A DNA stretch of 64,000 nt from a virus (lineage: Duplodnaviria; Heunggongvirae; Uroviricota; Caudoviricetes), in IMG/VR virus record IMGVR_UViG_3300000547_000001, positions 28,181 through 92,180 of that record, one strand, 5' to 3'. Made by a program: the position numbers and the translations under genes. The notes below the pieces were generated by a model that saw nothing but the letters and a program-made list of their open reading frames with translations, did no database searches and was not told the DNA's origin. Positions 36,116 to 44,341 of the stretch are shown here, piece by piece; positions within the stretch are counted from its first letter, which is position 1, and every line of letters begins with the position of its first letter.

Positions 36116-36345
36116 GTTTTAAGAGCTTCAAGCTTGTTTTCAATTCGAACAAACGATTTGATTTCGGCTTTTGGATTTTTCTTTACCCATTCACAAGCAT
36201 CGTTGAAGCTCGTAAAGGTATGAGTTTCTTTTTTATAATCAGTGTAACACGATCCTTCACGCTGATCAAAATTTTGGAAAGGTGTACTAACTTCAAGCTC
36301 ATAAAGTTCATCAACTTCAATTTCAACTTTAAATGTACGATTCAT
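36085..36345 (-). CDS. hypothetical protein (start MNRTFKVEI)
   Basis: ORF behind a promoter cassette. Confidence 0.4.
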   Translation of the reverse strand: MNRTFKVEIEVDELYELEVSTPFQNFDQREGSCYTDYKKETHTFTSFNDACEWVKKNPKAEIKSFVRIENKLEALKTWTASDGDLK

Positions 36346-36366
36346 AGTGTTTCCTTTCATTTTGTA

Positions 36367-36403
36367 TAATAGTAATCTATACTATTTGAAAAGGAATGTC
36401 AAC
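36367..36403 (-). promoter_or_regulatory. early promoter cassette (repeat copy)
   Basis: Minus strand TTGACATTCCTTTTCAAATAGTA-TAGATTACTATTATACAAAATGAAAGGAAACACT-ATG. Confidence 0.55.
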
Positions 36404-36932
36404 TATAAAATACTACTTCTTGAGTTTTAGATGACTTTACTACACATAATACTTTATTTTTATTATATGAATTAATAGTTTCTGCCCACCATTCTAAAGG
36501 TTTAACAGTACAATGGGCGTTTTCACCATTAGGCAATATTGTACATGCCTTAGCGGTTGATATTGCTATAAAAACGAACTTTTCTGCAATATTAAAAATA
36601 TATTCTAAAGAATATATTAATGCTTCTTCAGGAATGTGCTCAAAAACATCAGTACTTATAACACAGTCAAATGGACCTTCAGGTTTTAATGAATACCTTT
36701 CTACAGCTGGATCATATAGTGTAGGCATGAAGCCCCAATTTTCGTGCAGTTTTTCAACATTATATTGTCTTCCACCACCGCAACCAAAATCAAGCATTGA
36801 TTTTGAATTAGTTTTTTCAACTAAAGACGATATATCATTTACGTAAGGACTTAAAGAAACCCCTGGGTAATAATTTGTCTTTGCCATTTCTTTATAATAC
36901 TCGATGTATTCTTGTTCTATTTTTTTATTCAT
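36399..36932 (-). CDS. class I SAM-dependent methyltransferase
   Basis: 177 aa. MLDFGCGGGRQ (motif I) and DCVISTDVFEHI (motif II/post-I). Lies in a markedly AT-rich segment (36.4-37.4 kb). Confidence 0.6.
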   Translation of the reverse strand: MNKKIEQEYIEYYKEMAKTNYYPGVSLSPYVNDISSLVEKTNSKSMLDFGCGGGRQYNVEKLHENWGFMPTLYDPAVERYSLKPEGPFDCVISTDVFEHIPEEALIYSLEYIFNIAEKFVFIAISTAKACTILPNGENAHCTVKPLEWWAETINSYNKNKVLCVVKSSKTQEVVFYS

Positions 36933-36940
36933 TTTTTTTC

Positions 36941-37243
36941 CTAGTTAGTTTTGCAAACTTTTTTCAAAGAAGACATAAGATCTTCTATACTTAAAGCATC
37001 TTCATAAAGTTCCCATGATATACTAACATATGGTTTATCTGCGCCAACAACTCTCACCCAATAACATTCTAAATCGTTAATACTAAGAGGTAATGGCTCA
37101 AATCCAAGTTCAGTAAGATTTGATCTTAATCTCTCAAGAGATTCACGTCTAGTATCAGTCCCAAAGTCCCTCGTAGTATTTTCCAAACAGTCTAAATCCT
37201 CTGTCCATACGTTCTTGATGAGCCTTTTCACCTTCTCGATCAT
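36941..37243 (-). CDS. hypothetical protein (start uncertain; the track ORF extends to 37378 but overlaps the upstream gene)
   Basis: The track ORF 36941-37378 overlaps ORF 37155-37664 by more than 200 nt. A trimmed start at MIEKVKRL is more plausible. Confidence 0.3.
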   Translation of the reverse strand: MIEKVKRLIKNVWTEDLDCLENTTRDFGTDTRRESLERLRSNLTELGFEPLPLSINDLECYWVRVVGADKPYVSISWELYEDALSIEDLMSSLKKVCKTN

Positions 37244-37664
37244 ACTTACCTTCTTTTTTCCACTTAAGCTTGACAACTGCTTCCCCTTCGTAATCAACTT
37301 CTTCTTTATCATCAAAGTCGATTTCTGCATGCTCGATGACATAATCTTCCTGCCACCAATCACGACACTTTTGTTCAAATGCCCAAATCATTTCGTCAAT
37401 AACCCAATCCCAACGGTCATGAAAAAAGTCATCGGTATCCCATTCATTTTCCTTTGGTGGAGCACTTGTAGAACGAAGTTCTTCCGGTACATCTTCATCG
37501 TCTACAAAAGGAGAACCATGCTTAGTCTCCTTTAGCTGCTTAAGCATAGGAAGAATAATATGAGCAAGGGTAGAGTCCATACTCCACGTGTCGTAATTAT
37601 GAATATGAATATCCATCTTACGATCACCGTTAACGTTTTTGTAAGGGCCAATATTTACATACAT
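37155..37664 (-). CDS. hypothetical acidic protein (169 aa)
   Basis: ORF. Confidence 0.4.
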   Translation of the reverse strand: MYVNIGPYKNVNGDRKMDIHIHNYDTWSMDSTLAHIILPMLKQLKETKHGSPFVDDEDVPEELRSTSAPPKENEWDTDDFFHDRWDWVIDEMIWAFEQKCRDWWQEDYVIEHAEIDFDDKEEVDYEGEAVVKLKWKKEGKYDREGEKAHQERMDRGFRLFGKYYEGLWD

Positions 37665-37665
37665 G

Positions 37666-38064
37666 TTAAGTAGCTTTCATAAAAGTTGGACAATCGTTAT
37701 GAGAACAATAATAAGAAGTTACACCATCAAATACCATACCACATTTACCACAGGTATTAGGTCCGCCTAAATAATTTGGAATATCTGGCTGTGTGGTATT
37801 ATCACCTGGATAGATGTGTGGAACATAGTCTGGAATAAATTGTTCTTGTTGTAAATTCTTCTTCAGCATTTCAATGGCTTTAACTAGGTACTCGACCTCA
37901 TTAAAATCCAGACGAATCTCATTCATTTTTGTATCATCGTGTTGCACGATCTTAATAAAGACACCACCGCCTTCATCATCAAGTTTAACGTGAGTTGCAA
38001 TATCACCAAAAATAGGACTTTCATCTTCTTTATGAATAGAAATTTCAGTTACAGTCAGTTTCAT
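37666..38064 (-). CDS. hypothetical protein with C-terminal zinc ribbon (132 aa)
   Basis: CGKCG...CSHNDC. Confidence 0.4.
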   Translation of the reverse strand: MKLTVTEISIHKEDESPIFGDIATHVKLDDEGGGVFIKIVQHDDTKMNEIRLDFNEVEYLVKAIEMLKKNLQQEQFIPDYVPHIYPGDNTTQPDIPNYLGGPNTCGKCGMVFDGVTSYYCSHNDCPTFMKAT

Positions 38065-38519
38065 TCTGTTACTCCATATCCAATCATTTCTTTCTCACGC
38101 CGTTCCCAACTACGTTTAATGGCTCTAGCATCCTCAAGAGCGTTGTGTAGAATTTTACTGTCAACCGTGTCCAATTCTCGATCGATTTGCATTGTTAGCT
38201 TCGGCGGAGTGTTAAGTGCACGGCCAGGACCTGTAATGAGAACTGCACAAAAGTAACGAATATCATCAGGCCAGTCAGCAATGATATGGACTTCATCCCA
38301 TTGGTTTATGAACTGCCACAATTTAGATTGAAATACTTCCTTCAGAATTGGTTCTTTATTCAGCCACGGAACAACATTAGCAAAGACCCATGAGCCGTAC
38401 TTTTCGTCGTTTTCAAGATTTAACACTTCGTAAAACTCTTGTCCATCTTCTGCAACAAGAGCCATCGAAATGAGGTCACCGCCGAATTCGTTGAACTCGC
38501 AATCAATCCAAAGTTTCAT
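38061..38519 (-). CDS. DEDDh (DnaQ-like) 3'-5' exonuclease
   Basis: 152 aa. N-terminal LWIDCEF (Exo I, D-x-E) and C-terminal HNALEDARA (Exo III, H-x4-D). Confidence 0.55.
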   Translation of the reverse strand: MKLWIDCEFNEFGGDLISMALVAEDGQEFYEVLNLENDEKYGSWVFANVVPWLNKEPILKEVFQSKLWQFINQWDEVHIIADWPDDIRYFCAVLITGPGRALNTPPKLTMQIDRELDTVDSKILHNALEDARAIKRSWERREKEMIGYGVTE

Positions 38520-38693
38520 TTGTAAAGTTCCTTGTCTTTATTAGACCACTGATGAAGAACATTAAATTGAATGGGAATTACTTTTGTATATTTCCATTCT
38601 TCAGGTTCTTCGAAAACGATTTTAGTTTCTGCGTCATCAATAGAATCACCGAAACTTTCATTATAACACAGCCAAGCCATATACATCATTTAT
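38519..38693 (-). CDS. small protein (about 57 aa)
   Basis: Hand-found MMYMAWLCYNESFGDSIDDAETKIVFEEPEEWKYTKVIPIQFNVLHQWSNKDKELYK. Confidence 0.3.
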
Positions 38694-38958
38694 TCTCCAA
38701 TTCAAATTCGTGATATTCTTCATCAATTGAGCTGATGAAATAGCGCTCGCCATCGACAAACACATCAATACCAATTTTCTTAAGAGCCATTACTAAGAGA
38801 GCGTCTTCATCAAAAGATGGATCATCATAACAATAAGCTGAAGGTTCTCGACGAAGTACTTCCTTTCCGTCGATATAAACTACGCCTCCATATGCTACAC
38901 TAATCCCACATGTTTCGCATTCATGGCTATCATCCATTGTTTCAATATCAATTATCAT
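38686..38958 (-). CDS. hypothetical protein (90 aa)
   Basis: ORF. Confidence 0.4.
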   Translation of the reverse strand: MIIDIETMDDSHECETCGISVAYGGVVYIDGKEVLRREPSAYCYDDPSFDEDALLVMALKKIGIDVFVDGERYFISSIDEEYHEFELENK

Positions 38959-39335
38959 CGTTTCACCTCATATACTGAAACACCAGCTTTCTTTCCAATT
39001 GATACCATATCAGCGGTCCCATCGCCACCTGGAAATGCTATTATAACATGTGGTTGACTGTCTGTCAACATTAATCTATTTCGAATGGGCCCTGCTGCTC
39101 TTTTATGAGTTTTCCAGTCGGCAGGGTAGCGTATGACTCTAAGTCCTCGCTCACGTCCATAATCATCTGCAAGTGTGTCTGCCCCTCGGGCTGCTCCATG
39201 AATAATGACCACATCTCGTCTTGGAGTCTCTCCAGTTTCCCCGATTGTCTCAAGGACACTATCCATGAAATGAAAGAAGCGAGTTCGGTCGTCATAATCT
39301 CTTCCACCGCATATGAGGATTCGGAATTCAGTCAT
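38955..39335 (-). CDS. SLOG/DUF2493-like nucleotide-binding domain protein
   Basis: 126 aa. ILICGGRDYDD ... IIHGAARGADTLADDYG ... IAFPGGDGTADMV pattern. Confidence 0.45.
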   Translation of the reverse strand: MTEFRILICGGRDYDDRTRFFHFMDSVLETIGETGETPRRDVVIIHGAARGADTLADDYGRERGLRVIRYPADWKTHKRAAGPIRNRLMLTDSQPHVIIAFPGGDGTADMVSIGKKAGVSVYEVKR

Positions 39336-39658
39336 TTGATTATCCAGTCCACAGAATGCCAGTCAGTATCTTCGTCCATCATTTGAACTTTGTCACCATG
39401 GAGTTCTTGCAACTTGTTCCAAATATAAGCATTGTTCATACGGAGGTAGTATGCTTCTTTATGACACTTATAGCATGAACCACTCGATCCATAAAAAAGA
39501 TAGTGGTGTTCATCTTCTTCGACTTTTGTGATACCACTATTCATACGCCATGCGTCGCCGTCAAGATATCCACCCGACCAACCTGCAAGGACTCGATAGT
39601 GCGGGTCGTCACCTTTAATCTTAATGACGACCCAATTATCGGGAGTGTAATAGCTCAT
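39332..39658 (-). CDS. hypothetical protein (108 aa)
   Basis: ORF. Confidence 0.4.
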   Translation of the reverse strand: MSYYTPDNWVVIKIKGDDPHYRVLAGWSGGYLDGDAWRMNSGITKVEEDEHHYLFYGSSGSCYKCHKEAYYLRMNNAYIWNKLQELHGDKVQMMDEDTDWHSVDWIIK

Positions 39659-39863
39659 TATAAATTTCCTTTCCCATAATATCAGTCACATCAAGATTAT
39701 GCTTAAGAATGAGCTCACAAATCCATTTCTTTTGTTCATTATCCAATTCAAGTGGTTCCCAATGTCTTTCAGGCGAAACCCACCAGCCTCGCCCTTCAAG
39801 CTCATCAATCAATGATTGATCATCAAATTCATCGAGGTCTACATCTACTTCAATATATGCCAT
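39636..39863 (-). CDS. hypothetical acidic protein (start MAYIEVDV)
   Basis: ORF. The upstream 49-aa TM ORF (40010-39861) ends in TAATGG overlapping this ATG. Confidence 0.4.
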   Translation of the reverse strand: MAYIEVDVDLDEFDDQSLIDELEGRGWWVSPERHWEPLELDNEQKKWICELILKHNLDVTDIMGKEIYNELLHSR

Positions 39864-40017
39864 TATTTCTTCCTCTTCATTTCCATAATACATGCTTTCT
39901 CATACATTATATATCCAAATACACCAAATGTAAATAGAAAAATATTTAAAGATACAATTCCAGAGGCTATAATATCCGCAGCTGCAAAGCAAACTATGTA
40001 GTCATACCACCTCATAT

Positions 40018-40143
40018 CATTCAAACCCGTTCATTTCGATTTGATAACCTTTTTCTATTTTAGCCCAAATTTTTCCTGCTTCTTCGGGAAAAAATAATGA
40101 TGCAATAAGCAAAAAAGCCAAAATAATACCTAAGTCTTTCATA
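40018..40143 (-). CDS. small secreted/TM peptide (41 aa)
   Basis: MKDLGIILAFLLIASLFFPEEAGKIWAKIEKGYQIEMNGFE. Confidence 0.25.
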
Positions 40144-40155
40144 TCATTTCATCCT

Positions 40156-40794
40156 TTATTTTCCAAATTGATTTTTCCAAGTTCTTATTCTACCTTTTAT
40201 CCATCCAGATGGAATAGGCTCATTTTTAGATATTTTTTTACTTATTATTCCATTATTAATCCACATAGAACCAAATGCTGGATGTTTATCACCTTGTCTC
40301 CTAGAAGCAAATTCTTTTCTTTTTTCTTCAGACCACTTATTTCCATAATTAGGATTATTTTTTCCTTTTACTGAATTTGGGTTAAGCGCTCTATGTTTTT
40401 TCATATCTATAGATCGTTTTTCTCTAAGCTTTTTAGCTTTTTCAACACCATGAATTTCTTCATAAGTTTTACCACTTAAAACCAAACCAGTTGATCTAAA
40501 CCCCCATACAGTAGATTTACATTTATTAAAAAATAAAGGATTTTTATCTACATTAAACTTTTCATGAAGCTGAGATTCGTGCAACATTGCATCTTTAGCT
40601 TCATGAAATACTTTTAATACTTTCTTTTTAAAGTATGTCTTTCCGTATTTTAAAATAGCCTCTTTGACATATTTAGAGCTACTCCAATAATTATCTTCCT
40701 TTGGCGGCTTTTTTGATTTTCGAAAACCATAATAATATTTTTCAACTGAATCAGGGTGTGTACATGTAATGCGATATGTATAATAGTAGATCAT
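40156..40794 (-). CDS. GIY-YIG homing endonuclease (Seg-like) with C-terminal NUMOD-type DNA-binding region
   Basis: 212 aa. N-terminal IYYYTYRITCT...KYYYGFRK (GIY-(10)-YIG). The C-terminal half is Lys-rich. Lies in an AT-rich, promoter-less island. Confidence 0.7.
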   Translation of the reverse strand: MIYYYTYRITCTHPDSVEKYYYGFRKSKKPPKEDNYWSSSKYVKEAILKYGKTYFKKKVLKVFHEAKDAMLHESQLHEKFNVDKNPLFFNKCKSTVWGFRSTGLVLSGKTYEEIHGVEKAKKLREKRSIDMKKHRALNPNSVKGKNNPNYGNKWSEEKRKEFASRRQGDKHPAFGSMWINNGIISKKISKNEPIPSGWIKGRIRTWKNQFGK

Positions 40795-40844
40795 TGTATC
40801 TCCTCCTTCTACTATTTATACATTTAGTACTTAGATATTAACAC

Positions 40845-41315
40845 TTATGAAAATTTATTTACTACATGATCTGCCCCAAATGAGCTAGCAAATGAATGCG
40901 GTTTAAGCTTAGGTTGCATGCCTGTCATACCTAATACATACCCAGCAGCTTCAGATGCGGCGCAGTTGGATCCATTTTTAGGATCTTGAGAAATATCAAG
41001 GTGTATCTCAATATCAAATTCATCAATGAAGGGTGCAAGCTCAGTATAAAGTTCACACACCTTAGCTACTTCATTCAACATTCGCATCTTTGGACGATCT
41101 TTTTTAAGATCATAATCAGGTTCGTACGAAATGTTTTTAAAGATACGACATCCATTTTTACCGTTCATGTGAATAATAGCAACAGTGGCATATCTACCAA
41201 ATGCACGACCTTTTTTAAAATAGCGAACACTATCACAACCAAGATACACCTTCGTAGATGGATCAAGAGTTGCTAGTAGTTCAACGATATCTTCAATTTG
41301 TTCTTGAGTAAACAT
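40845..41315 (-). CDS. hypothetical protein (156 aa)
   Basis: ORF with GGAG RBS behind the promoter at about 41332-41368. Confidence 0.5.
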   Translation of the reverse strand: MFTQEQIEDIVELLATLDPSTKVYLGCDSVRYFKKGRAFGRYATVAIIHMNGKNGCRIFKNISYEPDYDLKKDRPKMRMLNEVAKVCELYTELAPFIDEFDIEIHLDISQDPKNGSNCAASEAAGYVLGMTGMQPKLKPHSFASSFGADHVVNKFS

Positions 41316-41331
41316 TTTAAGTCTCCATGTT

Positions 41332-41368
41332 ATGATACCATTATATCTTATATATTTTAAATGTCAAC
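41332..41368 (-). promoter_or_regulatory. early promoter
   Basis: Minus strand TTGACATTTAAAATATATAAGA-TATAAT. Confidence 0.5.
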
Positions 41369-41402
41369 TGATTCTTATAAATATTATGTAAAGGAGAATA
41401 CT

Positions 41403-41738
41403 ATGAAACCAGAAAAAGAGACTTGGATCAATAATAAATGGAGACCAATGGTAGGTTGGCTCTATATCGCTATTTGTTTTTTTGATTTCATTATTGGTCC
41501 TGTATTCTGGACAATATGGCAAGGTTACTTTGTATCTGGTGTGGTCGCACAGCAATGGGCCCCCTTAACTCTAGGAGCAGGAGGCTTATTTCATTTGGCT
41601 ATGGGTGCTATTTTGGGGGTTACCTCATGGTCTCGAGGCAAAGAGAAAATCCACGGTGTTGCAGGAAATGGATATCCAACATCTGCTTTCATCAAGCAAA
41701 CTTCATATGAGGAACAAGAACCTTACGAAGGTGGATAA
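41403..41738 (+). CDS. membrane protein (about 112 aa, 3 TM; start at MKPEKE with AAGGAG RBS)
   Basis: Hydrophobic segments WLYIAICFFDFIIGPVFWTIW, VVAQQWAPLTLGAGGLF and LAMGAILGVTSW. One of the few plus-strand genes. Abuts the tRNA island. Confidence 0.5.
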   Translation: MKPEKETWINNKWRPMVGWLYIAICFFDFIIGPVFWTIWQGYFVSGVVAQQWAPLTLGAGGLFHLAMGAILGVTSWSRGKEKIHGVAGNGYPTSAFIKQTSYEEQEPYEGG

Positions 41739-41815
41739 TGGTGCCGGCACGAGGGATCGAACCCCGGACCTGATGCTTACAAGGCAACTGCTCTTCCAGC
41801 TGAGCTATACCGGCA
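41739..41815 (-). tRNA. tRNA-Thr(UGU), with a U-U mismatch in the anticodon stem
   Basis: Minus strand GCCGGTA-TA-GCTC-AGCTGGAA-GAGC-A-GTTGC-CTTGTAA-GCATC-AGGTC-CGGGG-TTCGATC-CCTCG-TGCCGGC-A-CCA. Confidence 0.5.
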
Positions 41816-41820
41816 AATTT

Positions 41821-41903
41821 TGGAGCGGATAGAGAGAATCGAACTCTTTACACACAGCTTGGAAGGCTGCTGATGGGACCACCCACCATTAAGTTCTACC
41901 CGC
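41821..41903 (-). tRNA. atypical tRNA-like gene (anticodon loop CTTCCAA = UCC/Gly, but an enlarged D region of about 24 nt)
   Basis: Acceptor GCGGGTA/TATCCGC, T-loop TTCGATT and encoded CCA are clear. The D region does not fold canonically. Confidence 0.3.
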
Positions 41904-42355
41904 ATAAGATTATTTATAGTGTGGGGAGGACTGGGGTTCACCTCCAACAAACGAATCAGATACCTTTTATCCTATACGTTTGAGCCTTACAGTAAGATGG
42001 TCAGTCTTACTTACTAGCACTTTGTGTCTCCACAATCTACTAGTGCCACCACAGCATGTAAGCCAAGTTAAGCCCTCTGATTCAGGGCTACATTCCTTGC
42101 ACCACATACTCTCATCCGTCGATGAGAATACTTTTAATACGGGGGTGCCCTATACCGCCACTACGAAGCCGGCATTTGATTTCTTCCTGAACCGACACCC
42201 AATCCAGGTATAGATTGTTACTACTAGATGATAGGCTCGCACAATCTAACCTTCCTATCACCACCTCAGCATTTAGAGGATTTAAATGGGATTCACTGAG
42301 TGAAGAGCCCTCTCGAAATCCTTGCGGACTCGGAAAGACCCCAATAAGGGGACCT

Positions 42356-42432
42356 TGGTCTGGCTAGAGAGACTCGAACTCCCGACATCTTGCTCCCAAA
42401 GCAAGCGCTCTACCATGCTGAGCTATAGCCAG
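42356..42432 (-). tRNA. tRNA-Pro(UGG)
   Basis: CTGGCTA-TA-GCTC-AGCATGGTA-GAGC-G-CTTGC-TTTGGGA-GCAAG-ATGTC-GGGAG-TTCGAGT-CTCTC-TAGCCAG-A-CCA, with C1-G72 as in bacterial tRNA-Pro. Confidence 0.8.
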
Positions 42433-42442
42433 TAACCTTTGT

Positions 42443-42479
42443 TATATTTAATCTAACATATTTATAATTGAATGTCAAC
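42443..42479 (-). promoter_or_regulatory. early promoter driving the tRNA-Pro to tRNA-Thr cluster
   Basis: Minus strand TTGACATTCAATTATAAATATGT-TAGATT about 35 nt before tRNA-Pro. Confidence 0.5.
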
Positions 42480-42693
42480 CAGTTTTTTTCAATTTTCTTT
42501 TCTTTTGCTTTTCTAATCTGCGTTTCGCTTTAAGTCTTTCACGAGCTTCTTTTTCTTCTTTAAAAGAATGGACTGACTTAATCAACTTAACTTCCTTACG
42601 TCGCTGTCGTGCAGCTCGGTCTTTTTGAATACGATCTTTTAAAGAAGGTTTTTCAATAATCGGTTCGTCAAGTTCAATATCGTGATCAAGCAT
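42475..42693 (-). CDS. highly basic small protein (72 aa)
   Basis: GAGGT RBS. RQRRKEVKLIK...KAKRRLEKQKKRKLKK. Confidence 0.4.
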   Translation of the reverse strand: MLDHDIELDEPIIEKPSLKDRIQKDRAARQRRKEVKLIKSVHSFKEEKEARERLKAKRRLEKQKKRKLKKTG

Positions 42694-42715
42694 AAGAATA
42701 CCTCATTTGTTAAAT

Positions 42716-42805
42716 TGGCGGATATGCCGTGAATCGAACACGATACCCTTTCAGGCACGATGGGTTTAGCAAACCCTCCTGAGCACCAACTCAGTTGTCA
42801 TATCC
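42716..42805 (-). tRNA. tRNA-Ser(GCU), class II
   Basis: GGATATG ... anticodon loop TTGCTAA, long variable arm, T-arm TCGTG-TTCGATT-CACGG, acceptor 3' CATATCC-G-CCA. Confidence 0.65.
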
Positions 42806-42946
42806 ATAAGTAAACCAATAACCATAATAATACAACAGCTAAAGAAATTAAAGCAGCAATTTCAGGATGTTTATCAGCTAAAGCTGTTATTAAGAAAGCA
42901 TATAGTGAAGTTGCTGCTGTTGTTACTATTAGTATTATAACACTTG

Positions 42947-43462
42947 TCACGGTGCAAATGGATCTTCATTACAAGAAGAAACAATCGCTGCGAATAGTGG
43001 ATCTGGTCTTTGTTCTTCAGGATAACCTTTGTATTGTACGTAATCATCTTGAAGTAAGAAAGCATCTGCTTCAAGTGCATTTTGGCATTGAACCATTTCA
43101 TGCTCACCATTCAAGTACTGTAGGTAATGTACCAACTCATGAAAAAGAACAGTCTCAATAAATCCTTCGTCTACCATATAAGGTCCAGACTCATCAGCAA
43201 TGAACACAGTATTTAAATTGTGATCGTAATAACCAGCTACTGCACATTGATCTTTTACTAATTCATAAAACCCAGGTGGATATACTGCTTGGCATAACTC
43301 ATCCATTGTTCGAATTTGAATGTATGGTAGCTTTTCGTTATTGTATTCGTATTTGCTATTCTCTTCGATATATTCAATCATATCGAGCATTACTTCATCT
43401 GTCGTAGCATATGCAGGAGTAATGAAAAAGAATAAAGCTGCAATAAGAGTAATGATTTTAGT
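42947..43462 (-). CDS. secreted HExxH zinc-metallopeptidase-like protein (start MTKIITLIAALFFF)
   Basis: Signal peptide, then ...TVLFHELVHYLQYL (HExxH). GGAGGTG RBS. A TATAAATA late promoter sits 25 nt upstream. Confidence 0.5.
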   Translation of the reverse strand, partial: TKIITLIAALFFFITPAYATTDEVMLDMIEYIEENSKYEYNNEKLPYIQIRTMDELCQAVYPPGFYELVKDQCAVAGYYDHNLNTVFIADESGPYMVDEGFIETVLFHELVHYLQYLNGEHEMVQCQNALEADAFLLQDDYVQYKGYPEEQRPDPLFAAIVSSCNEDPFAP

Positions 43463-43489
43463 CATAGTCACCTCCATGTTAACTATAAC

Positions 43490-43497
43490 TATTTATA
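43490..43497 (-). promoter_or_regulatory. T4-type late promoter TATAAATA inside the tRNA island
   Basis: Plus strand tatttata. Minus strand CCAATATAAATAGTTATAGTTAACATGGAGGTGACT-ATG. Confidence 0.5.
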
Positions 43498-43498
43498 T

Positions 43499-43588
43499 TG
43501 GCGGATACGGTAGGATTCGAACCTACGGTAGGCTTGCACCTACACTGCCTTTCCAGGGCAGCACAATCGACCACTCTGCCACGTATCC
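43499..43588 (-). tRNA. tRNA-Ser(GGA), class II
   Basis: Acceptor GGATACG/CGTATCC-G-CCA. Anticodon arm CTGCC-CTGGAAA-GGCAG. Long variable arm. T-arm GTAGG-TTCGAAT-CCTAC. Confidence 0.6.
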
Positions 43589-43590
43589 AA

Positions 43591-43665
43591 TGGTTGGGAG
43601 GGGTGGATTCGAACCACCGACCTGCTGATTCAAAGTCAGTTATTCTGCCGCTGAACTACCTCCCA
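43591..43665 (-). tRNA. tRNA-Gln(UUG)
   Basis: TGGGAGG-TA-GTTC-AGCGGCA-GAAT-A-ACTGA-CTTTGAA-TCAGC-AGGTC-GGTGG-TTCGAAT-CCACC-CCTCCCA-A-CCA. Confidence 0.7.
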
Positions 43666-43666
43666 A

Positions 43667-43742
43667 TGGTGCGAGATGACGGGTTCGAACCGCCGACCTG
43701 ATCGGTGTAAACGACCTGCTCTACCAACTGAGCTAATCTCGC
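43667..43742 (-). tRNA. tRNA-Val(UAC)
   Basis: GCGAGAT-TA-GCTC-AGTTGGTA-GAGC-A-GGTCG-TTTACAC-CGATC-AGGTC-GGCGG-TTCGAAC-CCGTC-ATCTCGC-A-CCA. Confidence 0.75.
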
Positions 43743-43746
43743 ATTA

Positions 43747-43941
43747 TTAATATGAACCTTTACCTTTACGAAACTTTTTCAAAGTAGTTTTCCATTTTTC
43801 AAAAAAGTGAGCTTGAACATCAAAGATACTACCTTCAGTCTCGAAGTTTTCTTTTGCATGTGTCAAAGCTTCTTTGTCACTCATTTTATCATCTTCAATG
43901 TGAACCGAATAAGTGACTGTGACATGAACTGTTCTAGGCAT
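43747..43941 (-). CDS. hypothetical protein (about 64 aa, start MPRTVHV)
   Basis: GGAG RBS. Lies between tRNA-Val and the promoter at about 43958-43994. Confidence 0.4.
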   Translation of the reverse strand: MPRTVHVTVTYSVHIEDDKMSDKEALTHAKENFETEGSIFDVQAHFFEKWKTTLKKFRKGKGSY

Positions 43942-43957
43942 ATGATTCTCCATTTGA

Positions 43958-43994
43958 TAGTAGTATCATATACTAACTAGAAAACAATGTCAAC
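43958..43994 (-). promoter_or_regulatory. early promoter
   Basis: Minus strand TTGACATTGTTTTCTAGTTAGTA-TATGAT. Confidence 0.5.
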
Positions 43995-44001
43995 TGAAAA
44001 A

Positions 44002-44076
44002 TGGCGACCCTACGGGGACTCTAACCCCGTTCTCCCGGTAGACAGCCGAGCGTAATACACCATATACCATAGGGCC
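44002..44076 (-). tRNA. tRNA-Asp(GUC)-like, possibly degenerate (T-loop TTAGAGT)
   Basis: Acceptor GGCCCTA/TAGGGTC-G-CCA. Anticodon arm CTCGG-CTGTCTA-CCGGG. Unusual T-loop and a weak D-stem. Confidence 0.4.
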
Positions 44077-44193
44077 AATATAAAATACCAAGGTCAGTCT
44101 TGTTGCAAATCCTGAGGAGGAATTTATCGGTTTTACCAGCAACGTTGTTGACTATAAAGTGAATGCCTCGTTTCCAGCCACACCCTTGGTAAC

Positions 44194-44268
44194 TTGGAGC
44201 GGAGAATGGGATTCGAACCCACGACCACTTGCTTGGCAAGCAAGAGCTCTACCTCTGAGCTACCTCCG
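44194..44268 (-). tRNA. tRNA-Gly(GCC)
   Basis: GCGGAGG-TA-GCTC-AGAGGTA-GAGC-T-CTTGC-TTGCCAA-GCAAG-TGGTC-GTGGG-TTCGAAT-CCCAT-TCTCCGC-T-CCA. Confidence 0.8.
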
Positions 44269-44341
44269 CATTAATTGAGTCACCGCGCGTTCTTATGGTT
44301 GCGTATTACTCGCTGTAAGCCTAGGCTAGCGACGGTGATTT

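Noticed and set aside
32867-36360. Shared N-terminus MKGNTM on several proteins (32867-33061, 33104-33571, 34343-35002, 36085-36360, 46178-46618)
   Set aside because: This is not a conserved protein domain. It comes from the repeated promoter/leader cassette in which ATGAAAGGAAACACT precedes the real ATG. AAAGGAAAC is the ribosome-binding site, so the true starts are the second ATG.
36941-37664. Two long overlapping minus-strand ORFs (36941-37378 and 37155-37664) taken at face value
   Set aside because: A 224-nt overlap in different frames is implausible. The Lys-rich N-terminus of the downstream ORF is probably out-of-frame read-in, so only a trimmed version was reported.
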